DNA from: Candidatus Zambryskiibacteriota bacterium
Lineage (GTDB): Bacteria; Patescibacteriota; Minisyncoccia; Phycocordibacterales; WO2-35-19
Reading direction: 5' to 3'
Assembly: GCA_016932555.1 (NCBI GenBank)
Contig: JAFGCQ010000004.1
Span: 990-64,989 of the forward strand
DNA length: 64,000 nt
The position numbers and the translations under genes were made by a program. Each line of letters opens with the position of its first letter. Position 1 is the first letter of the stretch. This document shows, piece after piece, positions 1 to 10,632 of the stretch. The notes beneath the pieces were generated by a model. That model did no database searches. It was given only the letters and a program-made list of their open reading frames with translations, and had not been told where the DNA came from.

Positions 1-875
1 AAAGCGGTAAATTCATCAAAAATAACAGCCTTGCCTTCAGCCATAGCTTTGGACAAAGGACCGTAAATCTCTACAGTTTCAATAGTTCCACCTTTAGCTG
101 GACGGATACCGGTTTTACCCCAAACATTTGACTCTTTGGTTTGGGGACTACAATAAACCATTTCTGGATCTCTAGCAGTGAAATCTCCGGCCACAAGACG
201 AGCTAAAGAAGTTTTACCAGTCCCTGTCGGTCCATGCAAAAATATCGGTTTGCCAGTAAGCATCCTTTCACCGACAGCGTCAGCATTATTTTTAACACTA
301 GGAGTCATACAAATGTGTCCCGTTTCTGAAAGTTCCTCTTTATATTTTATAAGTTCTGTTTCTCTTAAAACTAGCGGATCCATTTCTGACATTTTCCCCT
401 CACTTGTCTTAATCTCACTATTAGCCATTTTTATAACATTTTCGTTTCTTTTCTTAGTAGAAAACGAAACTGTCGGATCCAAAATTTCAAATTGACGACG
501 CATTCTAAATCTTTTTAATTCATCAATATTTTTTATTTCCTTCAAAACTGGATCAATTTCTGGTTCTGTTTTCAATATCTCTTCATAATCAATGTTTGCC
601 CTATTACCCAAAATTTCGGATTCGTATTCTGTTTTTTGCTTTTTCAAGGTTTCTTTAGCTTCACCGAAACTTTCGTAATCTTCTATTTTAAATTCCCTTG
701 CTTTCGCATTTATTTCTTCCATTGGTTCTTTGTAAAACTTCTCAAAAATTGCACCATTAGAACTTTTGAGATCCGTAATGGCTTTCCTTAATTCTTTTCT
801 CTGTTCAGAAATTTCGTGAAAATTAAGAGATTTTTCACTTTCGTTTGGTAGTGTTGAATTAGGTATTTTTTCCAT
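1..875 (-). CDS. AAA+ ATPase, truncated by the window edge (C-terminal part missing)
   Basis: Absent from the ORF track because it runs off the edge. Reverse translation from the ATG at 873-875 gives a long charged N-region, then Walker A FLHGPTGTGKTSLARLVAG. Confidence 0.6.
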   Translation of the reverse strand, partial: MEKIPNSTLPNESEKSLNFHEISEQRKELRKAITDLKSSNGAIFEKFYKEPMEEINAKAREFKIEDYESFGEAKETLKKQKTEYESEILGNRANIDYEEILKTEPEIDPVLKEIKNIDELKRFRMRRQFEILDPTVSFSTKKRNENVIKMANSEIKTSEGKMSEMDPLVLRETELIKYKEELSETGHICMTPSVKNNADAVGERMLTGKPIFLHGPTGTGKTSLARLVAGDFTARDPEMVYCSPQTKESNVWGKTGIRPAKGGTIETVEIYGPLSKAMAEGKAVIFDEFTA

Positions 876-904
876 AGCGATATTTTATCACAAATTTAAA
901 ATCT

Positions 905-979
905 TGGAGCCGTTGGTGAGAATTGAACTCACGACCTACTCCTTACCATGGAGTTGCTCTGCCCCTGAGCTACAACGGC
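905..979 (-). tRNA. tRNA-Thr (anticodon GGT), CCA encoded
   Basis: Hand-folded cloverleaf: acceptor GCCGTTG/CAACGGC, anticodon loop ATGGTAA, T-loop TTCAATT. Confidence 0.85.
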
Positions 980-1001
980 TTATTTATTTTTATATCATAT
1001 T

Positions 1002-1928
1002 TTATTGAATCTTGCAGACTCTTTGAAGTTCCGCTAGATCTTCTGGGGTGAGATTCAGAGAAGTTTGATTATCGCCGCTTGATAGATAATACATAATCGA
1101 ATCTGGATTATCGACATGCTCTAAACCTAGGGCGTGACCAAATTCGTGTGTTAGAGCTAATATCAAGTCTTTTTTATTGCCATATTGATAAACATTTATC
1201 TCTTGACCATTATATTCGGCTTGGTTGAACTCTAGCCCTCTATCGTATCGTTTATTATAATCTCTGGCTATTTGATTGTATTCAGATGCTTTATTGTTGC
1301 GAGTCTTTAAAAGTGTATTTAATTCAACACCCATTTGGTTTACAGCAGAAGCTTCGGTGTTTAATCTTAAAGCTTCAGAGTTTAAATAATGTCTTTCTGC
1401 TTCCAAAGATTCAAATATGGCTTGTAAGGCACCTGCCTGCGCAGGCAGGCCGCCTCTACTATTCCAATCTTGGACTTCGGCTTCATAAGCTGCTTTGCGA
1501 CTTTGAAATATAGCTAAAGCTTTTTCATAAGCGGAAACTCGGCTTTCATATTGGTTTTTAAAACTATTGAATTCCTGATCCAATTTTTTAAAAACTTCTT
1601 CAATAGCTGAAAGACCAAATTCAGTTCTCTGTTTTTGCAAGGTAGCCAGCTGTCTTTCATCGTAAACTAAATTAACCTTAAAATCGGCTCCCTCTTCGTA
1701 AGAAAAAACATTTTTATTCAAGGCCCTCTCCCAAACTTCCTCGGCTTCAAACAAATAAATTTTAAATTCAGCTTCAGTAATACCAAACTCTGTGTCAAAT
1801 CGACCAATTTCGTATTTAAGAGCCCGATCGCAAGGGTTTAAAGTCTTTTCATAAACAAAGTAGCCTGAAGCGCCGATGAGCGCCAAAAGCGCTATTATCG
1901 CCAAGCCATTTCCCAGTTTTTTTAGCAT
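1002..1928 (-). CDS. Membrane-anchored matrixin-like zinc metalloprotease
   Basis: N-terminal TM helix, coiled-coil middle, HEFGHALGLEH zinc motif followed by an IMY Met-turn. Carries the palindrome insert (GLPAQAG). Confidence 0.75.
   Translation of the reverse strand: MLKKLGNGLAIIALLALIGASGYFVYEKTLNPCDRALKYEIGRFDTEFGITEAEFKIYLFEAEEVWERALNKNVFSYEEGADFKVNLVYDERQLATLQKQRTEFGLSAIEEVFKKLDQEFNSFKNQYESRVSAYEKALAIFQSRKAAYEAEVQDWNSRGGLPAQAGALQAIFESLEAERHYLNSEALRLNTEASAVNQMGVELNTLLKTRNNKASEYNQIARDYNKRYDRGLEFNQAEYNGQEINVYQYGNKKDLILALTHEFGHALGLEHVDNPDSIMYYLSSGDNQTSLNLTPEDLAELQRVCKIQ
1432..1449. repeat. 18-nt perfect GC-rich palindrome CCTGCCTGCGCAGGCAGG, in-frame inside a CDS
   Basis: Sequence equals its own reverse complement. 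Same core at 61388-61407, variant at 35063-35082. Confidence 0.9.
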
Positions 1929-2000
1929 AAATTAAATATATCATAAAAAAGCCGCCCCAATAAAAATAATTATCAAGGCAGCTCGCTTTTAAAAATAAAA

Positions 2001-2354
2001 CTAATGCACCTCTTTGGAAAAAACAAAGGACATAAAGAAATCTTGCTGCTCTTTTCTCGCTAGAGCATCTTTGATTGCTGGCCTTAGTATCTCAGACAAG
2101 GCTTCAGCCGCTTCAATAGTAAGTAATAATTTAATTCTTCTTTTACCGCCGCGCCTCACAAGTTCCAATTGCATAGGCTCAAGCTTGCCGTTTTTTACAT
2201 CTTGCGGTCCAATTTTTTGCTGGAAGACAAGTATTAAATCACTTGAATAAACTCCAGCTGGAAATACAGATACTTGTCGGCCACCACCAAGAAATCTGCA
2301 ATAAGCCATAGGTTTTTTGAGCATGTTGAAACAGTTAAAGAATGTTTTGAGCAT
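2001..2354 (-). CDS. Hypothetical protein
   Basis: ORF-track 2001-2396 trimmed to the internal ATG, which is preceded by a strong GGAGG Shine-Dalgarno. Confidence 0.45.
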   Translation of the reverse strand: MLKTFFNCFNMLKKPMAYCRFLGGGRQVSVFPAGVYSSDLILVFQQKIGPQDVKNGKLEPMQLELVRRGGKRRIKLLLTIEAAEALSEILRPAIKDALARKEQQDFFMSFVFSKEVH

Positions 2355-2477
2355 AAAGACCTCCTTCTGCCTTAGATAATACCCAAAATTTCGCAAAAAA
2401 CAATCTCCAACAAAGAAAAAAGGAGGAGGGCTCCCCTTCTCCTTTTTGAGTGTGGTCTAATATTTTTTACCTTGACA

Positions 2478-2507
2478 CAGACTACTTGTCCTGAGTTGAG
2501 CCGAAGG
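2478..2507 (+). repeat. GC-rich short repeat CAGAYTACTTGTCCTGAG..GAGYCGAAGG, intergenic copy
   Basis: About 26/30 identical to 6036-6065 inside gatA, same orientation. Confidence 0.7.
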
Positions 2508-2646
2508 AGTGGTTTACTATGAGCCTGTCGAATAGACGATGCCCGCCACGTGATAAATTGTGTAGCAATTTATTTTACGTGGTTAGAACTGCAATTATGA
2601 GTAACCACACGCATTTTCCTGAAATAATTTATGCTAAAATAACTTC

Positions 2647-3129
2647 ATGAAGAAAATCAATATTTATATTGATGGAAATAATCTTTATCGCAGTGCCAAA
2701 GAACTCGGATTTGAAATTGATTATAAAAAATTTAGAGGCTGGCTTCGCCAAAAATACAATCCGCAATTTGTTTATCTTTTCATAGGTCTCGTTCCAGAAA
2801 GGGCAAAATTCTATGAATATTTGCAAAAATCAGGGTTTATTTTGGTTTTCAAACAAACCGTATCGGTTGGAGAAAAAATAAAGGGAAATTGCGATGCAGA
2901 ATTAGTGTTAAAAACCACTTCTGATTTTTATACCAAAGCTTTTGATTCCTGTATTTTAATAACAGGAGATGGGGATTTCGGCTGTTTGGTAGAATTCTTG
3001 CAAGAAAATAAATCGATGAATCGTGTTATAGCTCCCGATGAAAATAAATGCTCTTTTTTATTAAGAAATAAAAATGTTGAGATAACATTCTTAAACGACC
3101 ACTACCACAAGTTTTCTAAAAAGATATAA
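2647..3129 (+). CDS. NYN/LabA-like domain protein (putative RNase)
   Basis: INIYIDGNNLY ... ITGDGDFGCLVEFL pattern typical of NYN/LabA domains. Confidence 0.65.
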   Translation: MKKINIYIDGNNLYRSAKELGFEIDYKKFRGWLRQKYNPQFVYLFIGLVPERAKFYEYLQKSGFILVFKQTVSVGEKIKGNCDAELVLKTTSDFYTKAFDSCILITGDGDFGCLVEFLQENKSMNRVIAPDENKCSFLLRNKNVEITFLNDHYHKFSKKI

Positions 3130-3250
3130 AAGAAAAAGCCCCCGGTGCAGACGAATCTACACAAGGGTCTTTTTCATAGTGATACCTAGAGTATATACCT
3201 AAAAAAATATCTGTCAAGCAAAGTTGTGGATGATGTTAGAACTGATATAT

Positions 3251-3288
3251 TAAAAAGAAAAAGCCCGTTGATATTATCTCTGGGCTTT
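3251..3288 (-). terminator. Rho-independent terminator downstream of 3334-3705
   Basis: AAAGCCC/GGGCTTT stem followed on the minus strand by TTTTTCTTTTT. Confidence 0.5.
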
Positions 3289-3333
3289 GTTTACCGAGAA
3301 GAGTTTTTAACCCAATCCTCCTCGCCCTTAACT

Positions 3334-3705
3334 TCATGCAGGGCTTTGAACACTGAGTGTTGAGTATATGTTTTCCAGAGATATTCGGTTTTCTATCCCT
3401 GCTGCACCAGGAGCATCTGCACTTCCACGAATTTCAGGATGCTGATAATGCCAGTTGCGAGTCCATTCTTTGTCAGTCTCAACAATAACTGCATCAACTG
3501 GTATTCCATGTTCTTTAGCAAAGACAAAAATACTCGCTACAGCAATCTGACCGTTCAAACAGAATGCTTTATTTCCCAAGTATTCAATAACCTGTTCAGC
3601 GTTATTGTTCAGATTCTGGCGCAAATAAAAATAAGAGTATTTTGGTGAAATATTCGTTGGCGCGACCGATGGGATTTGGTCAGGAATATCCCACCCTTCA
3701 GTCAA
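3334..3705 (-). CDS. Hypothetical protein, possibly a 5'-truncated gene fragment
   Basis: Only a TTG start, no internal Met. The first codons overlap a duplicated tRNA-Asp 3' end. Confidence 0.3.
   Translation of the reverse strand: MTEGWDIPDQIPSVAPTNISPKYSYFYLRQNLNNNAEQVIEYLGNKAFCLNGQIAVASIFVFAKEHGIPVDAVIVETDKEWTRNWHYQHPEIRGSADAPGAAGIENRISLENIYSTLSVQSPA
3660..3674 (-). repeat. Direct duplicate of the tRNA-Asp 3' end (att-like)
   Basis: GCGCGACCGATGGGA is identical to 3862-3876. The duplicate reads ...TCCCATCGGTCGCGCCA in tRNA sense. Confidence 0.7.
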
Positions 3706-3862
3706 GGGCGGGATTTCACGACCCTGGCTCGCCTGTTTTGATTGCTATCAAAACATAGCTGTGCCTTTCAAGTCACCAACGCAAGCCAGAGCAGTCTGGC
3801 TTGCTTCTGTTCCGAGCATAGACACAAAAATCACTAGCAGAAACTAGTGATTTTTGGTCTTG

Positions 3863-3937
3863 CGCGACCGATGGGACTTGAACCCACAACCTCCCGCGTG
3901 ACAGGCGGGTGCTCTAACCAAGTTGAGCTACGATCGC
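3863..3937 (-). tRNA. tRNA-Asp (anticodon GTC)
   Basis: Cloverleaf: acceptor GCGATCG/CGGTCGC, anticodon loop CTGTCAC, T-loop TTCAAGT. An AT-rich terminator hairpin follows at about 3820-3858. Confidence 0.9.
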
Positions 3938-4052
3938 ATTTTTATATATTTTTCAAAAATCTCTCTTTTCCTTTTTAGAAATAATTTTGAAAAACCTATC
4001 CTATTATACATAAAATCATAGAGTTTTAAAGACCCTATGCTATAATTTAAAC

Positions 4053-4256
4053 ATGCAACCAGAAGAACAAAATAAAATAGCCGAACTAGAGGCTAAGATT
4101 GACGCAATTTATAAGTCAGTCGAGAAAACTCGTAAAATAATGCTTTGGACGAGCATAATTACTGCAGCAGTCATCATTTTGCCACTAATCGGGCTCTTAT
4201 TCGTGATACCTTCGTTTATAGATTCTTACACTACTGCTCTAGACGGCCTTCTGTAA
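4053..4256 (+). CDS. Small single-pass membrane protein
   Basis: ORF with one clear hydrophobic helix; no recognised family. Confidence 0.4.
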   Translation: MQPEEQNKIAELEAKIDAIYKSVEKTRKIMLWTSIITAAVIILPLIGLLFVIPSFIDSYTTALDGLL

Positions 4257-4467
4257 GCTTATTCCTCATTTCTATAATCATAGTAGTAAACCAAGTTAAG
4301 AAAGAAGCCAGGCCAACAACAAAAAAAGTTAGAACATATTGCATGATAGTGTTTGGCCCTTGAGATGACTGCTCCATAGGGCCCCAAATAGCTATGAGCA
4401 TGAGAATAGCGGTAATCACCATGCAGGAAAGGAATATTCTTAATGTGGCTTTTTGTAATTTGCGCAT
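4231..4467 (-). CDS. Small two-helix membrane protein
   Basis: ORF with two hydrophobic segments; convergent with 4053-4256. Confidence 0.4.
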   Translation of the reverse strand: MRKLQKATLRIFLSCMVITAILMLIAIWGPMEQSSQGPNTIMQYVLTFFVVGLASFLTWFTTMIIEMRNKLTEGRLEQ

Positions 4468-4541
4468 ATTTTATTAAATTATTTTTAATGGCTTGTCATG
4501 TGGGACGTGAATTTGCGAAGTGAATTTTTACGTTCTTTACG

Positions 4542-4618
4542 TGGTGCCGACGATTGGACTCGAACCAATGACCTGGCGCTTATGAAACACCCGCTCTAAC
4601 CACCTGAGCTACGTCGGC
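4542..4618 (-). tRNA. tRNA with CAT anticodon (Met, or Ile2 if lysidine-modified), CCA encoded
   Basis: Canonical cloverleaf: acceptor GCCGACG/CGTCGGC, anticodon loop TTCATAA, T-loop TTCGAGT. Confidence 0.85.
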
Positions 4619-4716
4619 AATATATCCTTAAATTATCCACATTTTTGGTCATTTTGCAAAGCTTTGTTTCTTAATTTTTTTATGGTAAACTGCAATTTAC
4701 AGATTGGTTTTGTTAT

Positions 4717-4787
4717 TGCGGGGTAGAGTAATAGTAACTCGCAAGGCTCATAACCTTGAAATTTTGGTGCAAATCCAAACTCCGCAA
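4717..4787 (+). tRNA. Atypical tRNA-like gene with CAT anticodon
   Basis: Foldable cloverleaf (TGCGGGG/CTCCGCA acceptor, GAGT/ACTC D-stem, CAAGG/CCTTG anticodon stem, TTTGG/CCAAA T-stem). The D-loop AATAGTA lacks GG and the T-loop is TGCAAAT, not TTC. Confidence 0.5.
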
Positions 4788-4845
4788 CCGCGTAAAAGAA
4801 TTGCTGCGCAATTCTCACGCGGCTGCGCCAGCAAGCCGAGTGAAC

Positions 4846-4875
4846 AAAAACACCCATGTTGGGTGTTTTTGTTTT
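4846..4875 (+). terminator. Rho-independent terminator ending the tRNA-like transcription unit
   Basis: AAAAACACCC-ATGTT-GGGTGTTTTT followed by GTTTT. Confidence 0.65.
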
Positions 4876-4922
4876 AAGCGAGCCACGTTATGAGCGATAG
4901 CAAATTTTACATGGCCATGATT

Positions 4923-5597
4923 TTAAATAAGATAAAACTCTTTAAAGACCGCTTCATAGAGGGAGATGATGCGGCGAATTTCACGCTGATTGACCAAAAA
5001 ATCGTTGCCTTCGTGAGCAATCTTATTGCGCGCTTTATGAGCTTCCCAGGCTAAGTCTATGGTTACAAAATCGCTTTTTTCTACAACTTTCATTTTGTCT
5101 GCCATTGTGTCACCTGGCAGTTTAAGTTTTTCCAAGAGTTCATCAAGCATGATATCAGCTTCTATGATAGCAAGTCTCCAATCTGAAGAGTTTTCTGATT
5201 CTGAAAGTTTTACAATTCTTTCCCATTTTTCATTTTTTTTATCTTTACTTGAACTTTCCATTGGAATATTTGCTAGCATATCTGATGGATAAACTTTAGC
5301 TCTTTCTTCCCGTGAGATTCGATTCCATTTCTGGGTGAATACATAAGCAGCAAACATAGCAAAAAGAGCAATAATTAAACTAAGGATTTTCCACCAAAAA
5401 GCAGTGGATTTAAAGAAAGCTATTATACCAACTAGTTTAATACCATAAAAAGAAATTTCTCCAGAAATAAAATAATTTATGATATTTGGCACTATAGCGC
5501 CGACAATAGCGGTCAAAAATAAAAGTACTACCGTCATTTCTACAGCATCAAAATTCCAACCCTCTAACCAACTCTCTGATTCTTTGTCATTATTCAT
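4923..5597 (-). CDS. Membrane protein with a cytoplasmic helical C-terminal domain
   Basis: Three or four N-terminal TM segments; no recognised family. Confidence 0.45.
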   Translation of the reverse strand: MNNDKESESWLEGWNFDAVEMTVVLLFLTAIVGAIVPNIINYFISGEISFYGIKLVGIIAFFKSTAFWWKILSLIIALFAMFAAYVFTQKWNRISREERAKVYPSDMLANIPMESSSKDKKNEKWERIVKLSESENSSDWRLAIIEADIMLDELLEKLKLPGDTMADKMKVVEKSDFVTIDLAWEAHKARNKIAHEGNDFLVNQREIRRIISLYEAVFKEFYLI

Positions 5598-5609
5598 ATT
5601 TTAAAATTA

Positions 5610-7079
5610 TTAAGTTGTCTCTCCCAGAAAATTTTTGCCAATTTCGAATAAAACATTTTCATTGCCATGAGCAGACATAAGTTGTATGCCAATCGGCAGA
5701 TCTTTGTCATTTATTTTAGCAAATCCAGACGGGATCGAAATAGCGGGTATGCCGGCGATATTAGCTGTAACCGTAAAAATATCAGCCAGATAATTTTCTA
5801 AGGGGCTAGTTTTTTCTCCTATCTTCCAGGCTGGTGTCGGAGCCGTCGGAGTTAAAACTACATTTACTTCATTAAAAGCTTTATTGAATTCATTCTTAAT
5901 AACTTCTCTAGCTGCCATAGCTTTGCCATAATAAGCGTCATAATAGCCGGCTGAGAGCACGTAGGTGCCAAGTATAATCCGCCTTCGTACTTCCGGACCT
6001 AAGCCTTCACCCCTAGTTTTTTTGTAAACTTCCATCAGATTACTTGTCCTGAGCGGAGTCGAAGGGTTGCCGTCCAAAGATAAACCGTATTTGATACCAT
6101 CATATCTGGCCATATTTGATGAGACTTCTGCCGGCATAATTATGTAATAAATAGTGAGTGATTTGTCTATATTTGGTAGTTTAATATCTTTAATTTCAAA
6201 ACCCAAATTTTTTAATTTTTCTACTGATTCTTCAAAATTTTCTTTCACTTCTCTCGAAATACCATCCTGCTCAAGTAAATGATAAGGCACGCCGATTCTT
6301 AAATCCCGAGATGAATCTTGGAGTGACCCGACCGATTTGCCGTCATGGCGGACAGGAATATGCGAAGTGCTATCATACTTGTCCTGACCTTTTATAACAT
6401 TAAAAATTATTTCAGCATCAGCAACTGATTTAGTGATAGGTCCTATTACATCAAGAGATGACCCCATGGCCATAAGGCCATAGCGAGATACGCTGCCGTA
6501 AGTTGGCTTCAACCCTACACAGCCACAAAAGCTGGCTGGTTCCCTGATTGAACCACCCGTATCCGATCCTAAGGCTCCTAGAGCCATATTAGCCGCTACA
6601 GCGGCCGCAGAGCCACCAGAAGAGCCACCAGCTACTTTTTCCGGATCATGGGGATTTCTGGTCACTCCAAACGCTGAATTCTCGGTAGAGCCACCCATAG
6701 CGAATTCATCCATATTGGTTCTGCCTATAAATATTCCATTTTGTTCAAGAATTTTCTTCGCTGCAGTAGCTGTGTATGTCGCTTTGTAATTTTCTAAAAT
6801 CTTAGAAGCAGCGCTGGCCTTCTTGCCTTTTATTAAAATATTATCCTTTATAGCTAAAGGTATACCGGTTAAATCTTTGGAATCGCCTTGATCAATGATT
6901 TTTTGAGCCAATTTGGCTTGCTCTAAAATATCATCATAAACTTCCAAATAAATATTAAGTTCTTTATTTTTATCTTCAATCTGCAGAAGGGCACCTTCTG
7001 TAAGTTCTTTAGCCGAAATCTCTTTGCTATCTAGCAATTTTCTCGCTTCTTTAATTGTCAAATCTTCTATTTGTGTCAT
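5610..7079 (-). CDS. gatA: Asp/Glu-tRNA(Asn/Gln) amidotransferase subunit A
   Basis: Amidase signature GGSSGGSAAAVA and full-length GatA-like sequence, followed by gatC. Confidence 0.9.
   Translation of the reverse strand: MTQIEDLTIKEARKLLDSKEISAKELTEGALLQIEDKNKELNIYLEVYDDILEQAKLAQKIIDQGDSKDLTGIPLAIKDNILIKGKKASAASKILENYKATYTATAAKKILEQNGIFIGRTNMDEFAMGGSTENSAFGVTRNPHDPEKVAGGSSGGSAAAVAANMALGALGSDTGGSIREPASFCGCVGLKPTYGSVSRYGLMAMGSSLDVIGPITKSVADAEIIFNVIKGQDKYDSTSHIPVRHDGKSVGSLQDSSRDLRIGVPYHLLEQDGISREVKENFEESVEKLKNLGFEIKDIKLPNIDKSLTIYYIIMPAEVSSNMARYDGIKYGLSLDGNPSTPLRTSNLMEVYKKTRGEGLGPEVRRRIILGTYVLSAGYYDAYYGKAMAAREVIKNEFNKAFNEVNVVLTPTAPTPAWKIGEKTSPLENYLADIFTVTANIAGIPAISIPSGFAKINDKDLPIGIQLMSAHGNENVLFEIGKNFLGETT
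6036..6065 (+). repeat. GC-rich short repeat, in-frame copy inside gatA (encodes PSTPLRTSN)
   Basis: Matches 2478-2507. Local GC island in an AT-rich gene. Confidence 0.7.
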
Positions 7080-7107
7080 TCGTTTTTTATTTGTAATTAG
7101 TGTCGTG

Positions 7108-7395
7108 TTAAAGTATTTTTTTGACTTTCAAATAATCGCCTTCTCTCTCCGGAAATTCTCCAATGAGCTCTTCTCTACTATCAGGCTTCTCCGGATCAGA
7201 TTCGTCTTCACGCATTACATTTCGAATTTGATTTTCATCAAATTCGTCCCGCGAAGCTTTAGTGAAGTGGGAAATCTGGCCTATATAATCCAAAATGTCA
7301 TCAATTTCGGTACTGAGTTTCTCTATTTCTTTTTCGGTCATCTCTATCCTCGCCAAATCGGCCAGCTTTTTTATGTCTTCTTTAGAAATGCTCAT
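7108..7395 (-). CDS. gatC: Asp/Glu-tRNA amidotransferase subunit C
   Basis: 95 aa; N-terminus IKKLADLARIE...EKL is typical of GatC; sits directly upstream of gatA. Confidence 0.8.
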   Translation of the reverse strand: MSISKEDIKKLADLARIEMTEKEIEKLSTEIDDILDYIGQISHFTKASRDEFDENQIRNVMREDESDPEKPDSREELIGEFPEREGDYLKVKKIL

Positions 7396-7415
7396 ATTTG
7401 GATTATAGCATTTTC

Positions 7416-10052
<2,637 letters not shown>

Positions 10053-10056
<4 letters not shown>

Positions 10057-10628
10057 CCCACCCAATTTATTAGATAAGTTTTTAACATAACATTCCTAGT
10101 TTCAGAGCCTTTAGTGTAATAAACCCATACTGTGACTTCTATTTCTCTCCCATTGGGTAATTCTTCAATTTGAATTTTTCTATTAAAAGTGGTACTGTTC
10201 CCACCTAAGGATTGACTATAAATAAATTGGGCATTTTGTTGTAAATTTGGGCAATTTCCGGCTGGGCAAAGTACTAAATCCAATGTCCCATTAGAATTTA
10301 CATTAGCTCGGCAAAATTGACCCGTAGAACAATCAGCAGCTCCCGTTATTCCATCCAGCCAATTGCCTCCTCCACCATTTATTATTTTAAGTTGATTTGA
10401 ATCTCTTATGTTCCTCACTATCTCCATACCTTCTTGAGCTAAATAAAAAGCGGTAATTTCATCTTTAGCTATAATATTTTGGGACAAGCTCTGCCTGACT
10501 GCTCCAAAAACTGCAGTGATGGCGAGAGTGACAGCTAATATAGCCACTATGGCTTCAAGCACTGTAAAACCACCCTGCGGATTTATATTGAATATTGAAT
10601 ATTGAATATTGAATATTTTTTTAATCAT
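10053..10628 (-). CDS. Prepilin-type minor pilin
   Basis: GGFTVLEAIVAILAV N-methylation/cleavage motif after a 19-aa leader. Confidence 0.7.
10586..10617. repeat. Heptanucleotide tandem repeat TATTGAA x4.6 within codons 4-14 of the minor pilin
   Basis: Four full units counted, 10586-10613, plus a partial unit. Confidence 0.9.
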
Positions 10629-10632
10629 AATT

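Noticed and set aside
2472-2477. Consensus TTGACA as a promoter -35 box for the NYN gene
   Set aside because: No acceptable -10 hexamer at 16-18 nt spacing (gttgag and its neighbours).
2001-3937. Intact prophage or integrative element at tRNA-Asp
   Set aside because: No integrase, recombinase or phage structural gene is visible between tRNA-Thr and tRNA-Asp. Only a 15-nt att-like duplicate remains, so at most a scar.
4633-4857. 74-aa minus-strand ORF
   Set aside because: It overlaps the tRNA-like gene, its structured trailer and the terminator on the opposite strand, and has no protein-like features.
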